A program made the position numbers and the translations under genes. The notes beneath the pieces were generated by a model. That model was given only the letters and a program-made list of their open reading frames with translations, did not search any database and was not told the DNA's origin. Source: an uncultured Acidobacteriota bacterium (GTDB lineage: Bacteria; Acidobacteriota; Thermoanaerobaculia; UBA5066; Gp7-AA6). From it: a stretch of DNA of 64,000 bases. The stretch lies in NCBI GenBank assembly GCA_963811425.1, contig CAWERV010000010.1:14072-78071 (forward strand). Direction: 5' to 3'. Each line of letters starts with the position of its first letter. Within the stretch, counting starts at the first letter, position 1. Of this stretch, positions 1 to 10,975 are shown in pieces.

Positions 1-646
1 CCGCCGAGCCGCTGAAACACGTCCTTGCGAATGGCAAGCGCGGCCGCCGCCGCCTGCTCCACCGGGAACGACTCGGCGCGGTCCACGTCCGCGTACCGCG
101 CGCGGCGCCGCCATGGATTGTTCGGCCAGAGATGGTCGAGAAGCAGCAGCTCACGCGCGTCCGCTCCCAGCGTCGGCAGGCGCCGGAGCTGAAACGTCGC
201 CTGGTCCTCGTGGCCGGGGGGTGACAGCCAGAGCGGCCCGGCTGCCGTCGCTGCGCCTTTCCCGTCCATCTCGATGAGCCGGGGCGCTATGGCCACGATC
301 CGGCCGTTGCCCTCGAAGACCCGCGCGATCGGCGAAAAGGGCTCCCCCTCGGCGCGCGTGTCCGGATTGAGGAGAAGCAGAACGTCGCCCGGCGCGCCGC
401 GCGCGGCCTGATTGACGGCCGGCCCGAGACCGAGGTTCGACGGGTTCGTCAGCAGAACGGCTCCGGGCCAGAGGGATTCCACCTCCTCGCGGTGCAGGCC
501 GCCTCCACCGTTGTCCACCACGACGAGGGACACGGCGACGCCGCCCGGCGGAATCCTCGCGCGGGCCTGGGCCAGAGCAGCCGCCGCCTCGCGAAAGTCT
601 GCCGTGTCGCCCCAGCATACGAAGATCGCCGTGATTCCGCGCACGG

Positions 647-650
<4 letters not shown>
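1..650 (-). CDS. GT2 family glycosyltransferase, partial (C-terminus beyond window start)
   Basis: Manual translation of the third minus frame (no stop between 59 and 770) gives ...VRGITAIFVCWGDTADFREAAAALAQARARIPPGGVAVSLVVVDNGGG...LLLNPDTRAE...ADVDRAESFPVEQAAAAALAIRKDVFQRLGG, with GT2 DxD-region and C-terminal motifs paralogous to the adjacent GT. Probable GTG start at 650..648 overlapping the stop of the upstream GT (GTGA). This frame is not in the ORF track because it runs off the window edge. Confidence 0.55.
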
Positions 651-2879
<2,229 letters not shown>

Positions 2880-2883
2880 GCAT

Positions 2884-3258
2884 CGGCCATCCCGAGGGAC
2901 CACGAGGGCCCCTCGTTATCCCGATCGTGGAAGGCCGTCCTGTCATCCCGGGGGTCCAAGGCCATCCTCATCCCGAAGGTCCAAGGCCACCCTGTCATCC
3001 GAGGGTCGAAGGCCTGTCATCCCGAGGGTCGAAGGCCTGTCATCCCCGAGGGCCCAAGGTCACTCTGTCATCCCGAGGGCCCGGCAGGGCCCGAGGGATC
3101 CCTTTGAAACCGCACCGTGGCTAGGAAAGGGATCCCTCGCTGCGCTCGGGATGACACGGCTGCGCTCAGGATGACACGGCGCCGCTCGCGATGACACGGC
3201 TCCACTCGGGATGACGAGGCTTCTCTCGGGATGACAAAGGTCCGTTCGGGATGACAGG
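2884..3258. repeat. expanded REP-like fold-back locus: ~8 tandem left-arm units (GTCATCCCGAGG-containing, ~25 bp period) + central palindrome CGAGGGATCCCTTT-loop-AAAGGGATCCCTCG + 6 tandem right-arm units (CTCGGGATGACACGGC, 20 bp period)
   Basis: Read directly from the sequence: left arms at 2887-3085, core palindrome at 3091-3139, right arms at 3140-3258. Track ORFs 2876..3124(+) and 3060..3401(-) are translations of this repeat (HPEGPRGP..). Confidence 0.85.
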
Positions 3259-3267
3259 CTAGCCTCG

Positions 3268-4029
3268 ATGCCCCAACCCCACGTCCTCAACGCGGTCCTC
3301 CGGGCGGCCCGCCGACTGCCGCGGTATCCGCGCCTGCGCGTCCTCGATCTCTCGGCCGGCCGCGGCGAGATCGCCGCCGCGCTTGCGGGCGACGGGTGCA
3401 CGGTGCGCGGAACGCATTTCCGCGCCGACGACTACAAGTTCGCCGATTCCCCCGCGCCGCCCCGAACCGCAGCGCTCCCGATCGATCCGGACATCGACCT
3501 CATGCGGTCATTGCCGTACGAGGCCGCGTCCTTCGATCTCGTGATTCTCTGCGAGGTGGCCGAGCACCTGCCCACCGAGATTCCCGTCATCGCGGAGATC
3601 GGGCGCGTGCTCGCTCCGGGGGGCCATCTCGTGCTCTCGACGCCCAACGTCGCCCGCCTCCACTCGCGCTGGCATTTCCTGTTCACGGGAACTCACAAGC
3701 TGATCCGGCGCAGGACGGGCTGGGATCTTTCTGCCGACGATCTCTACGCGTACCACATCAATCCGATCGACTTTCCGCTGCTCCACACGCTCCTCCATCA
3801 GGCGGGCCTCTCGGTCGAGCGCCTCGACGTGACCCTCTTCAAGTGGAAGCACGCGTGGCTTCTGCTGCTCTATCCCTTCGTCTGGCTCTCGACCAGGATC
3901 GAAACCTCGCGCCACCGCAGCGGGCCGGCGCACGCACGCGGCGAGGAGAACCTGCGGGGTTGGATGCTCCGCCCCGCCATGCTCGCGAGCGAGCAACTTC
4001 TTCTCACCGCCCGGAAGGACGGGAAGTAG
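3268..4029 (+). CDS. class I SAM-dependent methyltransferase
   Basis: 253 aa; VLDLSAGRGEIAAALAGDGCTVRGT (SAM-binding motif I), FDLVILCEVAEHLP...IAEIGRVLAPGGHLVLSTPN (motifs II/III). Confidence 0.8.
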   Translation: MPQPHVLNAVLRAARRLPRYPRLRVLDLSAGRGEIAAALAGDGCTVRGTHFRADDYKFADSPAPPRTAALPIDPDIDLMRSLPYEAASFDLVILCEVAEHLPTEIPVIAEIGRVLAPGGHLVLSTPNVARLHSRWHFLFTGTHKLIRRRTGWDLSADDLYAYHINPIDFPLLHTLLHQAGLSVERLDVTLFKWKHAWLLLLYPFVWLSTRIETSRHRSGPAHARGEENLRGWMLRPAMLASEQLLLTARKDGK

Positions 4030-4031
4030 GG

Positions 4032-4634
4032 TCAGCGCGCCGGCGGCACCAGGGCGCCGGCCGACACGATCATCTTCATCGCCTGCTCCGGCGTCATGTC
4101 GAGGTAGGTGACCTTTTCTTCCGGCACGACCAGGAGAAACCCCGTCGTGGGGTTGACGGCGCTCGGAACGAACAGGCTGCAGAGCTTCTTGCCGGTCTTC
4201 AAGCTCGCCTCACCCTCCACCGTGGACGTCACGAAGCCGATGCCCCAGGTCCCCGGAGAGGGAAACTCCACGATCGCCACCCGGCCGAACGAGCCCACGC
4301 GCGAGGGCCCGAGCAGCAGTTCGCCGATCTGCCGCAGCGTCGCGTAGATCTTGTTGATCAGCGGAACGCGGTGCATCAGCCGGTCCCAGAGCGCGAACGC
4401 CCGCTTGCCGAAAAAGTTCGCGGCGATGAACCCGAGGAGAAGCAGGAGCACGTTGAGCAGCACGAAGCCGAGGCCGACGACGGAGATCCCCCGGGCGCGA
4501 AGCTGTCCCCCGAGGATGTTGTCGAAGAACTGGAAGAGCTGCCAGACGACCCACAGCGTGAGCGCCGTCGGGGCGAGCACGAGAATGCCCGCGACCCAGT
4601 ACCGCCGCAGCCGGATCCCAAAGCTGGCCGACAT
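4032..4634 (-). CDS. DUF502 family membrane protein
   Basis: Real start is M180 of track ORF 4032..5171 (ATG 4634..4632): MSASFGIRLRRYWVAGILVLAPTALTLWVVWQLFQFFDN...VPLINKIYATLRQIGE...TGFLLVVPEEKVTYLDMTPEQAMKMIVSAG. Upstream 179 aa are junk. Confidence 0.75.
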   Translation of the reverse strand: MSASFGIRLRRYWVAGILVLAPTALTLWVVWQLFQFFDNILGGQLRARGISVVGLGFVLLNVLLLLLGFIAANFFGKRAFALWDRLMHRVPLINKIYATLRQIGELLLGPSRVGSFGRVAIVEFPSPGTWGIGFVTSTVEGEASLKTGKKLCSLFVPSAVNPTTGFLLVVPEEKVTYLDMTPEQAMKMIVSAGALVPPAR

Positions 4635-4673
4635 CGTCGTCCATCGTAACGCGAGCCCGTACAATGGGCGCGA

Positions 4674-5728
4674 ATGCGCTCGATCCGCCTGCCTTCGACG
4701 TTCGCCGCTCTGCTTTGGATCGGCCTGCTCGCCTCGACCGCGAGCGCACAACTTTCGGGGTGGGAGACCTTCGGACCGCCGCTCTTCCAGGTCAACGCCG
4801 TGGCCGCCGGACCGGGGCTGACGGTCTTTGCCTCGGGTGCCGACTACGCCGCGTCGCAGGGCGCGCTCTACAGAAGCGTCGACGCCGGCGTCACCTGGAC
4901 GGTCGTCGCCGAGGCCGCCCGCAACGAATACTTCAGCGACATCCTGGTGGACCCGACCAATTCCCAGCGTGTCTTCGCGGGCGCCCCGGACGGCGACGCC
5001 CAGGCGACCAACATCTATCGCTCGAGCGACGGCGGGACGAGCTTTACGGCGAGCCTCATCGTCACTCCTTACTGTGTGCCCTCCTTCGCGAAGGGAGGTT
5101 CTCCGGATACCGTGCTGCTCGCCTGCGGCCTTCGACTCGCCAGGACCGAGGACGCTGGCCTGAGCTGGCATGATCTCCAGTCCCCGTCCACGGAGCCGGT
5201 ACGGCTGACGTCCGGGCCGGGAGGGACGCTCTTTGCCTACGGGACGACGAAGATCTTCAAGAGCGCCTCGGACGGAAGCTCCTGGGTCCCGGCTGGCTCG
5301 GCGCCTGCGGCGTGCCCGGACTCAATGCGCTGCGCGTCGACCCGCAGGACACGCGGGCGCTCGTCGCCGGCGTGGGCCTGATCGGTGGCAGCGGCTTCCA
5401 GTGCGGCGGCGTCTTCATCAGTCCGGACGGTGGCAGCAGCTGGACGCCCGGCTCGCTTTCGGCTGTCTACGTGACCGACATCGCGATCGACCCCGACGAC
5501 CCGGCATTCGTCTACGCGAGCGCGAGCTACGTCGCCGGGATCCTGCCCAGGGGCGGCGTTTTCGGGAGCCGCGACGGCGGCTCTTCCTGGAGCGATCTTC
5601 AGCTCCCCGCCCTCGGCGCCCTGCGGATCGCGGTCTCGCAGTCGGGCCGCCACCTCTATGCTGCGACCTCGCTGGGGGCCTTCGAGCGCGGCGTGCGGAA
5701 GACGCTGGTCGTCGCGCCTCGGCAGTAG
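4674..5728 (+). pseudogene. secreted BNR/Asp-box repeat protein with an apparent single frameshift near 5290-5320
   Basis: ORF 4674..5381 has a signal peptide plus BNR motifs (SVDAGVTW, SSDGGTSF, SASDGSSW) and turns to junk after ...SSWVPAGS. ORF 5312..5728 in another frame continues LNALRVDPQD...SPDGGSSWTPG...SRDGGSSWSDL. The upstream stop of the second frame is at 5171, so the shift lies between ~5290 and 5320. Confidence 0.6.
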
Positions 5729-5834
5729 GAACACAGCCGGCTGCGATACGCCTCGGGCCACACGGGGTATAGGCTCTCCGAACTACTGACGTTGAGAAGT
5801 CTCGACGCACGAATCGCGGACGATCCGATTTCTC

Positions 5835-5842
5835 AAAGGAGG
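5835..5842 (+). promoter_or_regulatory. Shine-Dalgarno AAAGGAGG, 6 nt upstream of ATG 5849
   Basis: Read from the sequence: tctcaaaggaggcccgggATG. Confidence 0.6.
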
Positions 5843-5848
5843 CCCGGG

Positions 5849-6658
5849 ATGAGATTCGCCAGGCAAGCAATCTTGGGTGGGTCGGCATTTTTGCTGAGCA
5901 CGGTTGCGTCCCTTGCCCAAACGCTCGAGCCAGTGCAGGCTGTTCCTCCGCCCGTCACAGCACGAATGCCTCCGAAGACTCTCCCGACCACCTACGGAAC
6001 CTCCAAGGTGTCTTACATCCAGATCCCCGCCGAGGAGTTCGTTCCGTGGAGCTCGAGCTGCACGTACACGACTCAGGACGGGCGCTACAGCTTCACAATC
6101 GGATGTCCCTTTTATGCCGGCGCTCACCTTCCCGGAGGCGCGAAGGTCGTCTACCTGGAGCTCGACTTTTACGACAACAACACCGACGCCTCGGTCTACG
6201 GGTCGCTTATCGAATGCGATTACGTCGGGCAGAACTGCATCAGCCACCCGGCGGCAGGTTCCGGTCCGCCGGATTGCCTTTCCCAGGGTTCCGTTTGCTC
6301 GGGACGTGCTTACCACCCCGGCTTCGGCCTCGTAAGCGCCGATTTGACACCCGACGCCATTACTGTCGACAACTTCGCTTCATCCTACAGACTCGTCGCG
6401 AACCCCACGGCGACCGACGGGAGCCTCCGGATCGCCGGGATGTACGTCGGCTACGTCCTGCAGGTCAGCCCGGACACCGGATTCGCGTCATTCACCGACG
6501 TCCCGGTCGGCCACCCGTTTCATCGCTACGTCGAAGCGCTGTACAAAGCAGGGATCACGGGCGGTTATCCCGACGGAAGGTTCGGTGTCAACGACACCAT
6601 CACGCGGGGCCAGATGGCGGTCTTTCTCTCTGTGGCGTTGGGCCTCGAGTGGCCCTAG
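5849..6658 (+). CDS. secreted protein with C-terminal SLH (S-layer homology) domain
   Basis: Start is at M20 of the track ORF and has a strong SD: MRFARQAILGGSAFLLSTVASLAQT (signal peptide). C-terminus FTDVPVGHPFHRYVEALYKAGITGGYPDGRFGVNDTITRGQMAVFLSVAL matches the SLH motif. Confidence 0.7.
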   Translation: MRFARQAILGGSAFLLSTVASLAQTLEPVQAVPPPVTARMPPKTLPTTYGTSKVSYIQIPAEEFVPWSSSCTYTTQDGRYSFTIGCPFYAGAHLPGGAKVVYLELDFYDNNTDASVYGSLIECDYVGQNCISHPAAGSGPPDCLSQGSVCSGRAYHPGFGLVSADLTPDAITVDNFASSYRLVANPTATDGSLRIAGMYVGYVLQVSPDTGFASFTDVPVGHPFHRYVEALYKAGITGGYPDGRFGVNDTITRGQMAVFLSVALGLEWP

Positions 6659-6671
6659 AAAAGACGCTCGT

Positions 6672-6896
6672 TTCCCTCTCGAAGCGTAATCCACTAACAT
6701 CGGCGACCTGACCGCTCGCGGAGAGGTGGGTGAGTGGCTTGGTCGAAGGCCTGCGCCAGCGGGCCGAAGACAGCGCCGGCAGCAGCCGGCGCTTACCCGG
6801 CGGCGCCGCGCAGCGGCGGACCGCTGGTTCCCTCTCGAAGCGTAATCCACTAACATCGGCGACCTGACCGCTCGCGGAGAGGTGGGTGAGTGGCTT
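6672..6896. repeat. 69-bp exact direct repeat (6672-6740 and 6828-6896) separated by 87 bp; the second copy includes the first 21 nt of tRNA-Ser(GCT)
   Basis: Identical strings ttccctctcgaagcgtaatccactaacatcggcgacctgaccgctcgcggagaggtgggtgagtggctt occur twice. Track ORF 6488..6856(-) shows the duplicated MLVDYASRG peptide as a consequence. Confidence 0.85.
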
Positions 6897-6969
6897 AAAC
6901 CAGCGGTTTGCTAAACCGCCGTAGGGGCTTAAACCTCTACCACGGGTTCAAATCCCGTCCTCTCCGCCA
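6876..6969 (+). tRNA. tRNA-Ser (anticodon GCT)
   Basis: GGAGAGG acceptor 5' strand pairs with CCTCTCC, then G-CCA. Anticodon stem GCGGT/ACCGC with loop TTGCTAA. Long variable arm, T-arm ACGGG-TTCAAAT-CCCGT. Confidence 0.9.
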
Positions 6970-6996
6970 TTTCCAACGGCCGGTAAGATCCTCTCC

Positions 6997-9213
6997 TTGA
7001 AGAAGGCACTGCTCCTCACCGCCGGCGTCATCCTCGTCGGTGCCGGCTGGTGGGTCTATCGCAACTCCTCGCTCACGCGGCTGCGCGCGGAGTTTGCACC
7101 GTGGATGGAGCGGTTGGCGAGGTGGCGGGATGGATGCGAGGCCACGCAGCGCGCGCTCAGGAGCCGGGAGTCCACGGTGGCGGACCCGCAAGGGATCGCG
7201 GCCCTGCGCTCCTGGGCCTGGAACGACCTTGCGCGCCTGGGATACGTGGATTACCGGGTCGAGAAGCCCACGCACGAGATCACCCGGTCGAGCGAGAAGA
7301 CCTCGGGCCGCGTCGTCTTCACGGTCGGGGGTTTTCGCCCGGACGGCGCTCGGGTCGAGCGCGCGGCAAGCGTGCACCTCACGGAAGTGAGCCCGGTCTC
7401 CGACGGAAGAGTGACCAGCGGCCAGAGCCAGGTCACCCTGCAGTTCGAGAAGGATCTCTGGAATCGCCTGGAACCTTCGCCCCGATTCCATGAGGCGACC
7501 TCGGGTTCGGGTCTGGGCGCGCCACGGCACGATCCGCCCCTGAAACTCGTCAACCACCTCATCTCCGACATCTGGCCGGGCTCGGGCGTGGCAGTGCTCG
7601 ACTACAACCGGGACGGGTTCGAGGATCTTTTCGTCGGCGACGGCACGCGCTCGATCCTCTACGAGAACGACGGCCGCGGGCATTTCACGGACGTGACCGA
7701 GAAGGCCGGCCTCGCGAAGTCCACGGACGAGGGCATCCCCGCCACCGGCGTCGCCGCGGCCGACGTGGACGGTGACGGCTTCCCGGACATCTTCGTCACG
7801 AACGCCTTCGGACCAGCGCGCCTCTTTCGCAATCGCGGCGACGGCACCTTCGAGGAGATCACCGTCTCCTCCGGCATCGCCGTTCCCGAGAATGCGCGCT
7901 CGGCCGCGTTTGCCGACGTGGACGGCGACGGCGACCTCGACCTCTTCGTGGCCGTGACCGGGAACTACTACACGCAGATGCCCGACCCTGCCTTCGACGC
8001 CAACGACGGCCGCCAGAATTTCCTCTACCTGAACGACGGCCACGGCCACTTCACCGACGCGACGAAGGCCTGGGGCCTCGCGGGCATGACGCGCTGGACC
8101 CTTTCCGCGCTCTTCCAGGACTACGACCAGGACGGCCACGTCGACCTCATGGCGACCAACGACTTCGGCCTGAAGAACCTCTACCGCAACGACGGCGGCC
8201 GGCGATTCGAAGACGTCGCGAAGAAGACCGGCACGCAGGCCCGCGCGTATGGCATGTCCGGCGCCTGGGCCGACTTCGACGGCGACGGTCGGCCCGACCT
8301 CTATGCGACCGGCGCCGACACGCAGTGGTACTTCCTGCACGAATACCCGTCCGTCCCGGTCGGATTCTTCGGCCGCCTGTTCCTGCCCTTCGCGATTCGC
8401 TGGTGCGAGGACATGGCGTCGGGCAACACGCTCCTCCTCCAGCGGCCCGACCACACCTTCGAGAACGCGACCGCGCGATCCGGCGCCCAGCACGCGGGCT
8501 GGAATTGGAGCTCGATCGCCGCCGACCTCGACGACGACGGTTGGCCCGACCTCTATGCCACCAACGGGATGTGGGGTGACGGGCGCGACCGCGACGTGGG
8601 CCTCGAGTTCTGGTGGGACTCGCTCGCCTATTGGGACGACTACGTCGCCGGAACGAGGACCTTCGACCGCAAAGGCGCCGGAATCAACGGCATCGAGCGG
8701 GACCGCTACTTCCACAATCGGGGCGGCGCCGCCGCGGGCGCTCCGCTCTTCGAGGAGCGCGCCTTCCTCGACGGCCTCGACCTCGAATCCAACGGCCGCG
8801 CCGCCGTCGCTTTCGATGCCAACGGAGACGGTGCCCTCGATCTGTACGTCCGCTCCGTGGGAGCGCCGGAGGCACTCTTCCTCGGCTCGCGACACCCGGA
8901 CGAGCACTTCCTCCGCATCCGTCTGAAGGGAACCCCGGGGACGGACAACCGCGACGGCATCGGCGCCCGGATCGAGGCGAAGCTGCCCGGAGGCCGGACG
9001 ATCGTCACGGAGAATGCCAACCAGAGCGGATATCTGTCGACCGGCAGCCCGATCGTCCATCTCGGCCTGGGAAAGGCGACGCGCCTGGACGGGCTTACGG
9101 TTCGCTGGCCGTCCGGGAAAGTCCAGAATCTGGGCCCGGTCGACGTGATCGACCGCACGACGGTCGTGGACGAAGAACTGGGTGTCGAGGCATTTGTCGC
9201 GCCCCCGAAGTAA
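6997..9213 (+). CDS. CRTAC1 family protein (FG-GAP/VCBS repeats with C-terminal ASPIC/UnbV domain), secreted
   Basis: 738 aa, TTG start, N-terminal TM/signal. Repeated DxDGDGxxD (VDGDGFPDIFVTN, DVDGDGDLDLFVA, DFDGDGRPDLYAT, DLDDDGWPDLYATN). C-terminus GIGARIEAKLPGGRTIVTE...SPIVHLGLGKATRLDGLTVRWPSGKVQNLG is the UnbV_ASPIC signature. Confidence 0.85.
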   Translation: MKKALLLTAGVILVGAGWWVYRNSSLTRLRAEFAPWMERLARWRDGCEATQRALRSRESTVADPQGIAALRSWAWNDLARLGYVDYRVEKPTHEITRSSEKTSGRVVFTVGGFRPDGARVERAASVHLTEVSPVSDGRVTSGQSQVTLQFEKDLWNRLEPSPRFHEATSGSGLGAPRHDPPLKLVNHLISDIWPGSGVAVLDYNRDGFEDLFVGDGTRSILYENDGRGHFTDVTEKAGLAKSTDEGIPATGVAAADVDGDGFPDIFVTNAFGPARLFRNRGDGTFEEITVSSGIAVPENARSAAFADVDGDGDLDLFVAVTGNYYTQMPDPAFDANDGRQNFLYLNDGHGHFTDATKAWGLAGMTRWTLSALFQDYDQDGHVDLMATNDFGLKNLYRNDGGRRFEDVAKKTGTQARAYGMSGAWADFDGDGRPDLYATGADTQWYFLHEYPSVPVGFFGRLFLPFAIRWCEDMASGNTLLLQRPDHTFENATARSGAQHAGWNWSSIAADLDDDGWPDLYATNGMWGDGRDRDVGLEFWWDSLAYWDDYVAGTRTFDRKGAGINGIERDRYFHNRGGAAAGAPLFEERAFLDGLDLESNGRAAVAFDANGDGALDLYVRSVGAPEALFLGSRHPDEHFLRIRLKGTPGTDNRDGIGARIEAKLPGGRTIVTENANQSGYLSTGSPIVHLGLGKATRLDGLTVRWPSGKVQNLGPVDVIDRTTVVDEELGVEAFVAPPK

Positions 9214-9224
9214 ACTCGTCCTTC

Positions 9225-10823
9225 ATGGAGCCCGTCCCCGAGCAGCGTGCCGGCCACTACGACGTCGTCATCGTCGGCGGCGCCGTATCCGGTGCTTCGA
9301 CGGCGATCGTCCTCAAGCGCGGCAATCCAAAGCTGCGCATTCTCGTCGTCGAGAAGACCGACCGCTTCGACTGGAAGGTCGGCGAGTCCACGGTCGAGGT
9401 GTCCGCGTACTTTCTGACGCGCGTTCTGAAGCAGTGGACCTACCTGACGCGCGAGCAACTTCCCAAGCAGGCCTTCCGCTACTGGTTCTACAACGATCGG
9501 GTGACCTGCCTGCGCGAAGCATCCGAGACCGGCCCCACGCAGCTTGCGCGGACACCGTCCTTTCAGCTCGACCGCGCCAAGCTCGACGAGCACCTCCTCG
9601 AGGTCGCGCGCGAGGAAGGCAGCGAGGTCTGGCGGCCGGCGAAGGTCACGGGCTACACGCTGGGAGAGGGATCGAGCTCGAACACGCTCACGATCGAGAA
9701 GTCAGACGGCACGACCGCCACGGTCACGAGCCGCTGGCTCGTGGACGCGACGGGCCGGCAGGCGATGCTCGCGCGCAAGCGCGGCGGCGTCACGCCGATC
9801 GATACGCATCCGACCGCCGCGATCTGGGTGCGCTACAACAACGTCAAGGACATGGACGGTGTGGACCTCGCCGGAACGGATTCGGGCGATCCCTGGCAGC
9901 GCGCCGTGCTCGCGCCTCGGCGCCTTGCGACGAACCATTTCAACGGCTGGGGCTATTGGATCTGGTTCATCCCACTCCACGACGGAGAGATGAGCGTCGG
10001 CCTCGTGTGGGACAAACGGCTGGTGACGCCGGAAGGCAGCACGCCGCTCGACAAGCTCACACGCTTTCTCCAAACCAATCCGCTCACCCGCGAGATGATC
10101 GAAGGCGCGACCCCGATCGAGGGTGACTGCCGGTACTACGCGCATCTCCCCTACTTCGTGGACAAGTTCATCGGCCCGGGCTGGGCGCAGGTCGGGGACG
10201 CCGGCGGATTTCTCGATCCCTTCTACTCTCCCGGTCTCGACCAGATGTCCTTCTCGGTCTGGACGCGCACGCGCATGATCTTGAAGGACCTCGCCGGCGC
10301 GGCCCCGGAAGCGATGGAGAAGGAGTACGGGGAGCACAACCGCCGTTACGACCGCTTCTTCAAGTACTTCTACGAGTCCATCTATCGCGACAAGTACTAC
10401 GTCATGGGCGACTACGACACCATGACGATCGCCTTCCTTCTCGACACCGCCCTCTACTACTTCGCCGCGATCATGCCGCTCTACCGCTGGTCGCACGAGC
10501 GCCTCGGCATTCCGCCCTTCTTCGAGGACGGCGCGGAGATCGGGTACTACCCGATCCGCTTCTACAACCGGCGTCTGGTCCACATCGCGCAGCGCAAGAA
10601 GGTCCTCGGGATCTACGGCAACCACAACGCCGGCAAGCGACCGAAGTTCGTCGGCTTCTCCATCCGCAGCGCCATGTGGGTGATGCTGTTCCACGGCCTC
10701 CTGCGCTGGTGGAAAGCCGAACTCGCCAACGCCTGGACGTACGTCGTGCGGCCCAAGCCCATCGGAAAGCCCGCGGCCGAGCCCGCGGTGAGCCCGGAGC
10801 CACAGAGCATCTCCGCACGGTAA
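9225..10823 (+). CDS. FAD-dependent oxidoreductase, flavin-dependent (tryptophan) halogenase-like
   Basis: Real start is MEPVPEQ at 9225, inside spurious ORF 8613..10823. Has YDVVIVGGAVSGASTAIVL (GxGxxG), GWGYWIWFIPL (WxWxIP motif of flavin halogenases) and GDAGGFLDPFYSPGLD. Confidence 0.65.
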   Translation: MEPVPEQRAGHYDVVIVGGAVSGASTAIVLKRGNPKLRILVVEKTDRFDWKVGESTVEVSAYFLTRVLKQWTYLTREQLPKQAFRYWFYNDRVTCLREASETGPTQLARTPSFQLDRAKLDEHLLEVAREEGSEVWRPAKVTGYTLGEGSSSNTLTIEKSDGTTATVTSRWLVDATGRQAMLARKRGGVTPIDTHPTAAIWVRYNNVKDMDGVDLAGTDSGDPWQRAVLAPRRLATNHFNGWGYWIWFIPLHDGEMSVGLVWDKRLVTPEGSTPLDKLTRFLQTNPLTREMIEGATPIEGDCRYYAHLPYFVDKFIGPGWAQVGDAGGFLDPFYSPGLDQMSFSVWTRTRMILKDLAGAAPEAMEKEYGEHNRRYDRFFKYFYESIYRDKYYVMGDYDTMTIAFLLDTALYYFAAIMPLYRWSHERLGIPPFFEDGAEIGYYPIRFYNRRLVHIAQRKKVLGIYGNHNAGKRPKFVGFSIRSAMWVMLFHGLLRWWKAELANAWTYVVRPKPIGKPAAEPAVSPEPQSISAR

Positions 10824-10868
10824 GGCCAGGCACGACGGCTGCCATGTCGCGCCGCGGCGGCCCCCTTT

Positions 10869-10954
10869 GTCATCGCGAGGAGCGCAGCGTCGAGGGATCC
10901 CTTTCGAGTCTCAGTGCAGCTCAAAAGGGATCCCTCGCTTCGCTCGGGATGACA
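10869..10954. repeat. REP-like nested palindromic element (cleanest single copy)
   Basis: GTCATCGCGAGGagcgcagcgtCGAGGGATCCCTTTcgagtctcagtgcagctcAAAAGGGATCCCTCGcttcgCTCGGGATGACA: outer and inner inverted repeats around a BamHI site. Confidence 0.85.
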
Positions 10955-10975
10955 CAGGCAAGGTATCGTCTCCGC

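Noticed and set aside
8613-9224. Upstream 204 aa of ORF 8613..10823
   Set aside because: Arg-rich junk overlapping the 3' end of the CRTAC1 gene in another frame. The halogenase-like gene starts at ATG 9225 (MEPVPEQ).
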